This document shows, piece by piece, positions 1 to 8,697 of a DNA stretch of 31,229 nucleotides. Under the pieces are notes generated by a model. The model was given only the letters and a program-made list of their open reading frames with translations, did no database searches and was not told the origin of the DNA. The DNA is taken from IMG/VR virus record IMGVR_UViG_3300017747_000761, positions 1-31,229 of that record, one strand, 5' to 3'. The translations under genes were made by a program, and so were the position numbers. Within the stretch, counting starts at the first letter, position 1, and each line of letters opens with the position of its first letter. The DNA comes from a virus (taxonomy: Duplodnaviria > Caudoviricetes).

Positions 1-1
1 C

Positions 2-76
2 TTTACCGGCACCTGCGATTGCTGCAAGAAGGAGAAAGCTGTTACTCAACCGCGTGATTACATTTGGAGGACATAA
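2..76 (+). CDS. 3' end of a small Cys-containing phage protein, truncated at window start
   Basis: The frame from base 2 reads FTGTCDCCKKEKAVTQPRDYIWRT*. Its TAA overlaps the next ATG (TAATG at 74-78). Confidence 0.55.
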   Translation, partial: FTGTCDCCKKEKAVTQPRDYIWRT

Positions 77-342
77 TGGAAGAAGCTAAATTGACAGAAG
101 TACTTTTGATAATCTTTTCAACTCTCGGCGTTCTTTTTCTTACGCGGGTGTTGGTTTCCGCAGCGCTTGAGTTTATGGCAAGTCGCAAGAGGAGAGATGA
201 AGAAGAAGCCCCTTACAAACTGGAGAGACCCGATGGATACCCTCCCCTCAACGTGCCTCCAAAGAAACGAACCGTCAGGACAAAAAAACCCCGGCTCAAG
301 ACCGGGGAAAGTCGCCGTGGAGGAGGGCGGCGCGGTAGCTAG
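76..342 (+). CDS. hypothetical membrane protein with basic tail
   Basis: GGAGG at 66-70 precedes ATG at 76, a better start than 64. N-terminal hydrophobic segment, Arg/Lys-rich C-terminus. Confidence 0.65.
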   Translation: MEEAKLTEVLLIIFSTLGVLFLTRVLVSAALEFMASRKRRDEEEAPYKLERPDGYPPLNVPPKKRTVRTKKPRLKTGESRRGGGRRGS

Positions 343-1316
343 ACGTTAATAAGTTCGCCCCTGAACTGGAACGATTGATCATCGAATCTTAGCGCCAATT
401 CAGGTTGTAGTAAAACCCCATTTCGATAAGTTAAAACGGCTATGGCTGACTGCCAGTTGACCTTCCTGCCTTCAAGATAGTTAACAAACGGCCCATCCCT
501 GGATGAGTCGGCAGTCATGCCATGCCTAACCCCATATCTCCGGCCCCGACGGTCGTCATAACAAACCACTTCAGCTCGATGGTCGTGGCCCGTGACTATA
601 TTAACCCCGGATTTTAGGGTGTTGTTGTATCCGGCGTGGACGCCTCCGTTTTCCCTATGCCTGATCTCAGTGTGAGATTCTTGCCCTTCGTTAATACTCA
701 CAAACCAAGCTGGAGTCCAGGATGGGAGATGGTCTTTTAGGTGAATCCCGAATACGCCTTTGTACTCCGGAGCCACCGCAGCCATGCGAGTCTCAAAGCG
801 AAGGTCATGGTTTCCTGCGCACCAGATACGCTTGGAGTTAGGGGAAGCCTTCAGTATCTCGTCAGACCTATCCTTGACCGTCTCCAGTTCTTCTTTAACA
901 GAGGGCTTGTTTTCCCATCCGATAGAAGGGTGTCGAGAAATTGACGCGCCGTCAAAAGCATCGCCATTCCAGATCTGCGCAAATGGTTTAAATTTTTTTG
1001 ACAAAAGGCAGTAAGCCTTGTGCATCACAGGCACATGATTCGGCCAATAATGCTGATCTCCAGCAACCAGAACAACGCCGTTTTCAATGTTTAGCTTTAC
1101 TTCAACGCGATCCGCAGTAATAAACATACTCTGGTCGCAAGTTGACCTGCCTAATTTATCAATAGTAATTAAACGAATATCGTACCGCTTTTCTAAAGCC
1201 CTCCTGCGCGAATGCACTTTAGAAACATCAATGCCTAACCTTTTAGACACTTCAGCGGGAGAATGACACTCATTCCACACTTTGATAAACTCATCATCTG
1301 TTGATTTACGCGGCAT
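339..1316 (-). CDS. calcineurin-like metallophosphoesterase with N-terminal HTH-like segment
   Basis: Motifs GDQH, NGDAFD, GNHD and GHDH in canonical order. N-terminus SPAEVSKRLGIDVSKVHSR is HTH-like. Confidence 0.85.
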   Translation of the reverse strand: MPRKSTDDEFIKVWNECHSPAEVSKRLGIDVSKVHSRRRALEKRYDIRLITIDKLGRSTCDQSMFITADRVEVKLNIENGVVLVAGDQHYWPNHVPVMHKAYCLLSKKFKPFAQIWNGDAFDGASISRHPSIGWENKPSVKEELETVKDRSDEILKASPNSKRIWCAGNHDLRFETRMAAVAPEYKGVFGIHLKDHLPSWTPAWFVSINEGQESHTEIRHRENGGVHAGYNNTLKSGVNIVTGHDHRAEVVCYDDRRGRRYGVRHGMTADSSRDGPFVNYLEGRKVNWQSAIAVLTYRNGVLLQPELALRFDDQSFQFRGELINV

Positions 1317-1569
1317 GTTTATTTCCTTTGGCTGCCCTCTTTAAGACTTTCCTGGAAATGATCATTCCTTTAGGAATCTGAAAGTCTCCCACATACGCAC
1401 CTTCTGAATAGGTGTGGCCGATGATTATGTATTTATTGTTTTCGGCAATCAGAAATCCGACAGTCACTACAATTTGCGGCTCAAATTTCACCTCCTGTAT
1501 TTCATGCCAGCCAGCGCCACTGGCTGCGTCATCCCAAACAACCTCAATCAATGGGTACGGATGATTCAT
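1306..1569 (-). CDS. hypothetical phage protein (VVWDDA...TVGFL type)
   Basis: Start MNHPYP at 1569 is ATGA-coupled to the upstream ORF. IEVVWDDA / VVTVGFLI / IPKGMI pattern is common in phages. Confidence 0.75.
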   Translation of the reverse strand: MNHPYPLIEVVWDDAASGAGWHEIQEVKFEPQIVVTVGFLIAENNKYIIIGHTYSEGAYVGDFQIPKGMIISRKVLKRAAKGNKHAA

Positions 1570-1733
1570 TGCAATGTTACGTTTGGCTCTATCAGACCAA
1601 TGCAAACACCACCAGCAATGACTAAGATACTTCCATCATCAATAGTTAAATGGAGACCGTCTTCATTTAACTCTAAAGATTCAATCTTTTTGCCACAAAT
1701 TGATTCAGAAAGTTCTTCAATGGTATCAATCAT
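1566..1733 (-). CDS. hypothetical protein, 55 aa (not in ORF track)
   Basis: MIDTIEELSESICGKKIESLELNEDGLHLTIDDGSILVIAGGVCIGLIEPNVTLQ* fills the gap after the lysozyme and has an ATGA overlap with the next gene. Confidence 0.7.
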   Translation of the reverse strand: MIDTIEELSESICGKKIESLELNEDGLHLTIDDGSILVIAGGVCIGLIEPNVTLQ

Positions 1734-1759
1734 TTAAGTCGCGTCATGTTAGTGAGACA

Positions 1760-2236
1760 CTATGACAGATACATTGCCCGTTCGTCTTTCCTGCGTTTAA
1801 CTAATCCAGGCAATTCACGGCCACCGGCTTTCGTCCACATCAAAAACGCATCAGCTGCGCCCTCAAAATCGCCCCTGTTGTGCTTCATCCGAATACTAGA
1901 CCTCTGTAGATTCCCAAGTCCTACGTTGAAAGCAAAGGATACCAGCGCATCAAAGCGAGACTGATTAAGACCAGCAGGGCACAGTCTAAGAACACCCTGC
2001 TCAAACCTGCGTAAATCGTCCGTAAGTAGCTTATCCACTTCATCTGGTGTCAAGACCCTATCCCATCCCTCGGGGATCGCTAAAGCCTTCCTAGACTCGA
2101 TTGGAACAGATATATGCGAATGGTCGATTACATGCCCTACACCAACCGTCCAGAGTAGCGCAGGACAGCGGTAAGGCTTAAATTTAACTCCCTCATGGTG
2201 TTTAATAACCCTTATTGCTTCAGGGCTGACCTTCAT
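1760..2236 (-). CDS. endolysin, GH24 (T4/RrrD-type) lysozyme
   Basis: HEG...YRCPA..WTVGVGH catalytic region, FDALVSFAFNVG and LPGLVKRRKDE motifs. Confidence 0.95.
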   Translation of the reverse strand: MKVSPEAIRVIKHHEGVKFKPYRCPALLWTVGVGHVIDHSHISVPIESRKALAIPEGWDRVLTPDEVDKLLTDDLRRFEQGVLRLCPAGLNQSRFDALVSFAFNVGLGNLQRSSIRMKHNRGDFEGAADAFLMWTKAGGRELPGLVKRRKDERAMYLS

Positions 2237-2718
2237 TTCTTACTAAACGCCTGGGTTCCAAACCAAAACGCCACCACGGATGCCCAAATCAATTGGGTTT
2301 CATCATCCCACAGTTGGTCTAAAACCACGCTAAAGTCGGCCTCGACCTGGGTGGCGTACCAGAAACCAGCAACTTCCACGAAGCAGAAGATCAGGAAAAG
2401 CCCGTAGGTAATGGCAGGACGCACTGAGGCGCGAAGATTCACTACCCATTGACTCGCACCCTTCCCGATCTCAATGTCGTGCTTGTAGAGGGATTCGCGC
2501 TCCTGGACGGCGGTCTGCATGGCAATCTGATCCGTCCTGATTTCCTCAACTCGCTGCTGTGCAACAAAGCCGAGTTTAACCATCTCCAACTCTTTTTCCT
2601 TCTGTAAGTTAGTAAGTGCTAACTCATGTTTCTTATCGGACTTATCTTGGAAAAAGTCTAAGAGTTTAGGAAGACCACCGGCTAGAAAAGATACAAGAGT
2701 AGACAGGAGCGTGATCAT
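2233..2718 (-). CDS. probable holin (3-TM type)
   Basis: Hydrophobic segments, LRASVRPAITY and C-terminal FWFG motif. ATGA-coupled to the lysozyme. Confidence 0.7.
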   Translation of the reverse strand: MITLLSTLVSFLAGGLPKLLDFFQDKSDKKHELALTNLQKEKELEMVKLGFVAQQRVEEIRTDQIAMQTAVQERESLYKHDIEIGKGASQWVVNLRASVRPAITYGLFLIFCFVEVAGFWYATQVEADFSVVLDQLWDDETQLIWASVVAFWFGTQAFSKK

Positions 2719-2981
2719 TTGGATTTCTGCCTTTCTTCCATGAGCTTTACCCTAACCTGAAGATCATGCAGGTCTTTGTAGATTTCTTCTTTTAGCTTGT
2801 GTCTAGCTTCTGCGGACAATGGGCTATCTGTCGGGGTACCTTGAGGAGTAATCAGGGATGGCATCTGCCCTTCTATCTTGGTCAGACGGGTATTGAAAGA
2901 AGAAACCTCACCAAGCAACCACGCGAGGGAAGCCACAACAATCGGGATTACCGCTTTTAGTAAGTCCGCCCAATTCATCAT
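2715..2981 (-). CDS. small membrane/coiled-coil protein in lysis cassette
   Basis: N-terminal TM segment (AVIPIVVASLAWLLG) then a coiled coil. Coupled to the holin. Confidence 0.7.
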   Translation of the reverse strand: MMNWADLLKAVIPIVVASLAWLLGEVSSFNTRLTKIEGQMPSLITPQGTPTDSPLSAEARHKLKEEIYKDLHDLQVRVKLMEERQKSK

Positions 2982-2991
2982 CTTCCTTTGG

Positions 2992-3216
2992 CTATTTAAC
3001 TTTCATAGACTGGATTGAAATAACAATTCCTGCGATAAACGTACAGACGATAATCAACGGTTTAGTGATTTTCGCCATCCATTCCAATACCAGGAAAGCG
3101 CCACTTGCGGCCTCAAATGCAGTCACCATGCCTTTGGTGTTTTCTTCTACCCTATCAACCTTTTTCTCAACTGCGACAAGACGCTCGTATATCTCACGGT
3201 GGCTGATGTCTTCCAT
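2992..3216 (-). CDS. small membrane protein (XhlA/holin-like architecture)
   Basis: N-terminal coiled coil (ERLVAVEKKVD) plus C-terminal TM helix. Confidence 0.65.
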   Translation of the reverse strand: MEDISHREIYERLVAVEKKVDRVEENTKGMVTAFEAASGAFLVLEWMAKITKPLIIVCTFIAGIVISIQSMKVK

Positions 3217-3218
3217 GA

Positions 3219-5063
3219 TTATTCTTCCGTATCACTCATAATGGCAGGGGTAATTCCGCGCTGCACAATAGGGTTCCAAGTGTTGCTGTTGCTCATAATC
3301 ATCAACACTCGATTACGCTCTGCGGTAGGCAAAAGGCTTAACAATTCATTGGCAGACTGCCCTGATTGCATGGCGTTTTCTAAAGCCATCATCGTTTTGC
3401 GGTTTACCTTGCCCTCAAACTCTTTCAAGGCTTCACGAGTAACAGTAATTGGACGACTCAAGAACGGAGGGACAGGAACGCCAAGTAATTTGGATTGATT
3501 GTCAGAGAAAATTTGAGCAAGCGGTTTTCTGCCTTCAGCAGCTAAAGCAGAAACCTTTATTTCTTTTTCGACTTTATCTGCTATTTTAATAAATTCTAAA
3601 GCAGGACTTTTTGGGCGTTGACCACCCATTTCTTTCACAAAATCAAATCTGCCTGTGCCAAAAATATCCTCAACTGCCTGAGGATTATTTCCTTTCACTA
3701 AGTCAACAAAGCCTTTTTTATCACCAGACGCGTAAAGGTTCCTGGCATACTCAGACATCTGCTTTTGCTCAATGGCTTTCATGCCTTTTTCAAACGTTTT
3801 GAGATAATTGGCCCAATTTGCTCCACCAGCGTTCGTAATAGCTTCGTCAATTAAAGGCTTTAATTCAACCATTACAGATTGAGCCAATTGACGACGCGTA
3901 TTGTCACTAGCGCCTGGATTTAAATCGGCGATAGCTCCACTGACACCATTTTTTCTGATGGCGTATAAAGCCTCAGGGCTAATGTTTCCAGACTCATCAG
4001 CAAATTCTTTGAGCATTGACGCAACACGGCGTAACGCTCCGGCAGCATCTCTGTTTGTGGCAATGTCTGGATTAGCTAATTTTGCGTTTAATGATTGAAT
4101 AATGTTTTCAGTCTTAATCGGGCCTGCGGCTTGAAGTTCTGCCTCTCTCATAGGAGTGGTAATTTTTGTCAATGCCGATTTTGCGGAGCTCTGCACACCT
4201 AAAGATTCAGTAGGAGTTACGCCGCCAGCAAGTCTAGATAATGCACTATTAATCTCTGCTTCTTGAACGCTTTGGCGTCGAGTCCACCAATTTCCAGTAT
4301 TAGAAGTTTTTGCAAGATTGTCTAACGCCGCCCAAGTAGAGCTTTCAATTCCAGCGGAAGCCTGTCCAGCAGTATCACCTTGAGATGCAGCAAGATTCGC
4401 AGCCTTAATTGCATTAATATCACCGCCAGCAACATCTCTTGCGATCTTTGCCGCGCTGACTTCACCTAACTTGCCTGATAAAGCGTCAAACAACCAACCA
4501 GCACCTTTGGCAAGTTGTTTAACGACAGGAGCGGCTACTCCAGGAACAATAGCGCCAACTGTTGCGCCTGTAGTCAACGCACCGCCAAAATCGGATTCTT
4601 TAGGGCTAATGGTTTCTGCCGCCAAGCCTCCAGCTCCACCAGCAATTGCTCCACCTAATGCACGTTGCCCCAATAGCCCAACACCTGTTCCTGTTGTTCC
4701 AGCAAAACCGCCGCTAGAAATAATAGGAGCAAGCCTTGACAGCCCAAGCAAACCAGCGGCAGCTCCAGCAGCAGGTGCGGCAGCTATACCTGCGCCTAAC
4801 TGTAAAGCAGGGATAGTTACATTGCGGCGAATTGCAACATTTTCTGCCTCGCGTTCTTCTGGAGTCATTACTCTGCGACGAGCAAGAATGCGTCCAGTTA
4901 CTGCCGAAGTATCAGCCAGAACTTCGTTTTGTGGCGCAGCAGTCATTCCGAAGTCTTTTTCTGTCGCCAATCCTGCGGAAATAGCAGCGTTTCGCACATC
5001 ATCAGCGGATGTGCCTTCAGGAACACCACGAATAACCACTCCATTCGGAAGCCTAATATCCAT
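3219..5063 (-). CDS. large internal virion / DNA ejection protein
   Basis: Ala/Gly-rich helical protein in the ejectosome position. Likely start MDIRLPNG at 5063 (TAATG overlap with upstream stop). Confidence 0.7.
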   Translation of the reverse strand: MDIRLPNGVVIRGVPEGTSADDVRNAAISAGLATEKDFGMTAAPQNEVLADTSAVTGRILARRRVMTPEEREAENVAIRRNVTIPALQLGAGIAAAPAAGAAAGLLGLSRLAPIISSGGFAGTTGTGVGLLGQRALGGAIAGGAGGLAAETISPKESDFGGALTTGATVGAIVPGVAAPVVKQLAKGAGWLFDALSGKLGEVSAAKIARDVAGGDINAIKAANLAASQGDTAGQASAGIESSTWAALDNLAKTSNTGNWWTRRQSVQEAEINSALSRLAGGVTPTESLGVQSSAKSALTKITTPMREAELQAAGPIKTENIIQSLNAKLANPDIATNRDAAGALRRVASMLKEFADESGNISPEALYAIRKNGVSGAIADLNPGASDNTRRQLAQSVMVELKPLIDEAITNAGGANWANYLKTFEKGMKAIEQKQMSEYARNLYASGDKKGFVDLVKGNNPQAVEDIFGTGRFDFVKEMGGQRPKSPALEFIKIADKVEKEIKVSALAAEGRKPLAQIFSDNQSKLLGVPVPPFLSRPITVTREALKEFEGKVNRKTMMALENAMQSGQSANELLSLLPTAERNRVLMIMSNSNTWNPIVQRGITPAIMSDTEE

Positions 5064-6325
5064 TAGCGCATTCCTCCACGCGAAAGATCGCTCCAATTAA
5101 CTACAGATGGCGCAGATGCAGCAGGAGCTTGCATAGGTTGAGCGGTAGGAGTAGGAGATTGCGTAGGAGCAGGAGCATTACCGGATTTTCCAAGCGCTGC
5201 GTTTCTCCAAGCCTGATAAGAACTCTTAATTTGCTTAAGGTTTTCGTCTAATGTCTTGCGATCAAGTCCTTGATCTAATGACGCAATAGCAGATTGCAAT
5301 GCTTCCAATTCTTTTACGGCAACCTGGCCTAATGCGCCACCAGTAGGACTTGCATCTCGCATTTGCTGTAATTGGTCAAAACCAAGCCTGGCTTTAATAG
5401 TTCCAAGTGTAGAAGATAATGCCCTAGCATCCGTTCCAGGAATTACAGAAAGATAACTGCCAAGCCCAGTTGTAGTCTTACCAAGAAGTTTTTGAGCCTC
5501 GTCAATTTTTGACAAGACAACATCGGTTCCGCGAACAACGCCTTCAGCAGATGCCATTTGCTTGTCAATTTTTTCCTGTTGCTTTGCTTTCAAACCGTCA
5601 ATACGTTCTTGAATTAACTGGCGCTGAAGGTCACCAGTAGCTGAACGTTGTTGTGCGCTTAAATTAGCAAGCATCAATTTAAACTCACGATCACGCTCAC
5701 GCTCTTGAGCCATGCGGTCATCTCGTTCCTTTTGCATGCGCGCACGCTCTTGCGCCTGAGACTCGGCAAGAGATTTCCTTTCCAACGCTTGCAATACCAT
5801 TTTAGGATCACCGTAACGCCGTAATACATTCTGAATTTGATCTTCAGAAGCATTTTCCGGAAGTTGAGACAAAGCATTTTGAAGCTGATTTTCACGCGCC
5901 TGAGTCAATTGCAATGATGCTAGTTGACCCTCTCTTAATCCAACTGATGCTTGGTTAGCCTGGCGTTGTGCAATACCAGCAGCTAAAGCATTAGCTTGTT
6001 GAGATAAAGCGGCGGCAAGAGCAGCATTCCCCATTTGAGCCGCATTCCGCGCGCCTTGAGCCAAAGACTCCGGGTCGTTAGGATCAACGCCACGCAAAAT
6101 CTGCTGCTGCTGAGTAATCATGCGCAGTTGAGGGTCTTCGATGCCTAATAGAGATCCAACACCGCGACCTAACTGTTGCCCGGCTTGGTAAAAGCCAAAG
6201 GAAGCCCTATCCATAGGACTTAATTGGGCAAATTGCAAAGCCTCTGCGCGATCCCTAGCCGCTTGGGATTGCTGCAAGGCTTCAGGCGTCAGTCCGAATA
6301 AACCTAAGATGTCACTTTGCGCCAT
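5063..6325 (-). CDS. internal virion / DNA ejection protein
   Basis: Gln/Ala-rich coiled coil with GGALGQVAVKELEALQ motif. Synteny with podovirus ejection genes. Confidence 0.7.
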   Translation of the reverse strand: MAQSDILGLFGLTPEALQQSQAARDRAEALQFAQLSPMDRASFGFYQAGQQLGRGVGSLLGIEDPQLRMITQQQQILRGVDPNDPESLAQGARNAAQMGNAALAAALSQQANALAAGIAQRQANQASVGLREGQLASLQLTQARENQLQNALSQLPENASEDQIQNVLRRYGDPKMVLQALERKSLAESQAQERARMQKERDDRMAQERERDREFKLMLANLSAQQRSATGDLQRQLIQERIDGLKAKQQEKIDKQMASAEGVVRGTDVVLSKIDEAQKLLGKTTTGLGSYLSVIPGTDARALSSTLGTIKARLGFDQLQQMRDASPTGGALGQVAVKELEALQSAIASLDQGLDRKTLDENLKQIKSSYQAWRNAALGKSGNAPAPTQSPTPTAQPMQAPAASAPSVVNWSDLSRGGMR

Positions 6326-6336
6326 GATTAAATCCT

Positions 6337-7389
6337 TTAATTAAACCCAAACGGCATTTGCATACCTGGTATTCCAAAAGTGCCGGAACCCAAAGATCCT
6401 GGCGTGGTTTGGGTCACAGCTCCTCCACCGCCAAACAGACCGCCTAAAGATCCACCCATACCAGAAACGGCGCTTCCCAACCCGCTATACAGCGAACCTA
6501 AAGGACTCATGCTCAAGGCTGGCTGTAAAGCCCTTGCTGCGCCAATCCCGCCTTGCAGAAGGGCTTGACCACCGGCAGGGTTAGAAATCCGTCCACCCAA
6601 CGCAGAACCAATCGTGAGAGGCTCCATGCCAAGTTGCTCAATGTTTCCTGCAGTTCCAAGACCAGTCGAAAACGGCGCGTACGAACCAGCCAAGCCTTGA
6701 CCGTATCCACCAAGAAGTCCGGCTCCAGTCCCAAACAGACCGGCACCAAAAGCGGTTTGTCGTTGCCCTTGCTCCATCGCTTGCGCGGCCAATGCAGCAT
6801 CTTGCTGCGCCAGGGCGTTGTAATATGCTTCCATCTCAGGAGATGCTGCGCCAAGACCAGCGGCACCACTAGGACGCTCGCTAGTTCCGCCTACGGCTAA
6901 CCCCCCCCTACCGGCCTGGAATAACCTGTTTTGCAGTTGGGCAAACTGTCGTTCACGGGAAGGGGCGAGAAGGTTTTGCTGCTGTGCAATATATCGTTGT
7001 GCGGCTTGTTCCGGGCTTTCTGCGAGATATCCTTGACCGAGGTTAAACAGTCCGGTAGCGGCAGATGTCAGAGGCGCATATAAACTAGGAGCTTGTTCAG
7101 CAAAGCCTAGTTGCTGGCCGCTGAGTGCCATAATACGGTCTTGTAGGGCGCGAAGCTCTGGAGAGACTGTATATTCAGCAGAGGATACCCTGCCGGTTTC
7201 TGGATCGTATCCGAATTGCGACGCACCGAAACGCGTCGTAATCCCAATAGGACGGAACCTGGCTTCCTCTGCCGCTAATCGAGCCGCCTCTTGTTGCTGA
7301 TTCGCAGCAACATTTGCTGCATATTCAGCAGAACTAGCCTGCTTACGAGCACCAAGAAATCCTAATGCGCTTCCAACAAGTGAACCCAT
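6337..7389 (-). CDS. DNA pilot / ejection protein (P22 gp7-like position)
   Basis: Gly/Ala/Gln-rich with N-terminal GSLVGSALGFLG. Follows the tail genes. Confidence 0.65.
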   Translation of the reverse strand: MGSLVGSALGFLGARKQASSAEYAANVAANQQQEAARLAAEEARFRPIGITTRFGASQFGYDPETGRVSSAEYTVSPELRALQDRIMALSGQQLGFAEQAPSLYAPLTSAATGLFNLGQGYLAESPEQAAQRYIAQQQNLLAPSRERQFAQLQNRLFQAGRGGLAVGGTSERPSGAAGLGAASPEMEAYYNALAQQDAALAAQAMEQGQRQTAFGAGLFGTGAGLLGGYGQGLAGSYAPFSTGLGTAGNIEQLGMEPLTIGSALGGRISNPAGGQALLQGGIGAARALQPALSMSPLGSLYSGLGSAVSGMGGSLGGLFGGGGAVTQTTPGSLGSGTFGIPGMQMPFGFN

Positions 7390-7392
7390 AAT

Positions 7393-7683
7393 CTATCTCC
7401 AGATATACAGCTTTCGAGTAATTCCGTCCAAACACTTGTGATGCTCTAATATCTTAAATCCTGTAATCACCGCCCACTTACGCATCTTTTCATCATCTAT
7501 AAACGGCATTGCGTATAACGGTTCTTGCTGCTTTCTAGCCCAATCGTTCCAATCTTTAGCAAACTCTTTCTTGACCGTTTTGCTCCACTTGAATACATCC
7601 ATGTGGATAAACTTTAAATCTCTTACGCGTTCGATATATACAATGTATTCAGGTTTAACGATAACTTGTTCTTTTTTACTCAT
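7393..7683 (-). CDS. hypothetical protein, possible GNAT-like virion assembly factor
   Basis: Lies between fibre and ejection genes, as T7 gp13-like genes do. KMRKWAVITGFK resembles a GNAT C-terminal motif. Confidence 0.5.
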   Translation of the reverse strand: MSKKEQVIVKPEYIVYIERVRDLKFIHMDVFKWSKTVKKEFAKDWNDWARKQQEPLYAMPFIDDEKMRKWAVITGFKILEHHKCLDGITRKLYIWR

Positions 7684-8689
7684 ACATGATGTTTACTGAA
7701 CCAGCGTCAAACGCATCGGTGCCACTGCTCATAATTTTCAGTCTATCCAACGCACCGGACAACGCAACACGACCAGCGCCCATATATACAGCATTTGATG
7801 CGTACCTTAACGTTGATGTATATGTCCAAGTATTTGAGCCCATTAACGTAATCACGACAGAGCCAGAGTACGAAAAAGACGCTAATTGCATAACAGCAAT
7901 AAGGAAACCGTTGGTAGCAGAATTGCCGCCGACTGTGGCCCCGTTAATTGCGCCTATTGAAGAATCATATCCAGTGGTTGTGTAAGTAGTTGACCCAAGC
8001 TGGATAATTAAGTTGTCAGTAGTTCCATTCGAGCTAACAGCATCAAGCATCACAGTAATGCGTTTAACCCAAGACGGAATGCTCAAAAACTCTTTGGAGG
8101 TTCCGGAGGTAGTGGCTTGAGCGGTAGACAGAACAAGTTTTGCAGTTGAGGTCCAGGTAGAACCATCTGATTGCAGCACATTACCGCTAGTGCTAGGCGC
8201 TACAACTTGTAAAGCAGAGGTGCCATTCCCAAGAAGCACGTTGTTAGCGGTAATAGTCGCAAGACCAGTTCCACCATTATCAACAGGTAGAGTTCCAGAA
8301 ACGTGAGTAGTCAGGCCAATCTTGCCGTATGAAGGGGCAACACCAACACCACCAGAAATCAGCGCGTTTCCAGTAGCAACATCAGCCAGTTTGGATAAGG
8401 CAGTGGTCGTAGAGGCGTAAAGCAGATCGCCAACTGCGTAACTAGCGTTGCCGGTTCCACCAGAGGTCGCCGCTAAAGCCGTTGAAAACGTGCCGGTCGT
8501 GGCAGAAAGAGTCGGGATCGTAACGGTGCCGGTAAACGTCGGGCTTGCCAAATCAGCCTTCGTCGCAATAGCAGTAGCGATATTGTTGAATTCCGTGTCA
8601 ATCTCGGTACCCTTGACAATCTTGTTGGCGTCACCGGAAGGCAGGGTGTCTTTGGTCGCAAAGTTGGTGCTTTTGGTGTAGTTCGACAT
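7676..8689 (-). CDS. tail fibre protein
   Basis: N-terminal anchor (MSNYTKSTNF...EFNNIATAIATK), Thr/Gly-rich GGTG shaft repeats and a C-terminal globular tip. Follows the tail tube genes. Confidence 0.8.
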   Translation of the reverse strand: MSNYTKSTNFATKDTLPSGDANKIVKGTEIDTEFNNIATAIATKADLASPTFTGTVTIPTLSATTGTFSTALAATSGGTGNASYAVGDLLYASTTTALSKLADVATGNALISGGVGVAPSYGKIGLTTHVSGTLPVDNGGTGLATITANNVLLGNGTSALQVVAPSTSGNVLQSDGSTWTSTAKLVLSTAQATTSGTSKEFLSIPSWVKRITVMLDAVSSNGTTDNLIIQLGSTTYTTTGYDSSIGAINGATVGGNSATNGFLIAVMQLASFSYSGSVVITLMGSNTWTYTSTLRYASNAVYMGAGRVALSGALDRLKIMSSGTDAFDAGSVNIMYE

Positions 8690-8697
8690 GATTGTCC

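Noticed and set aside
4471-5100. 209-aa Pro/Ala-rich plus-strand ORF
   Set aside because: Mirror of Gly/Ala codons in the ejection protein on the opposite strand.
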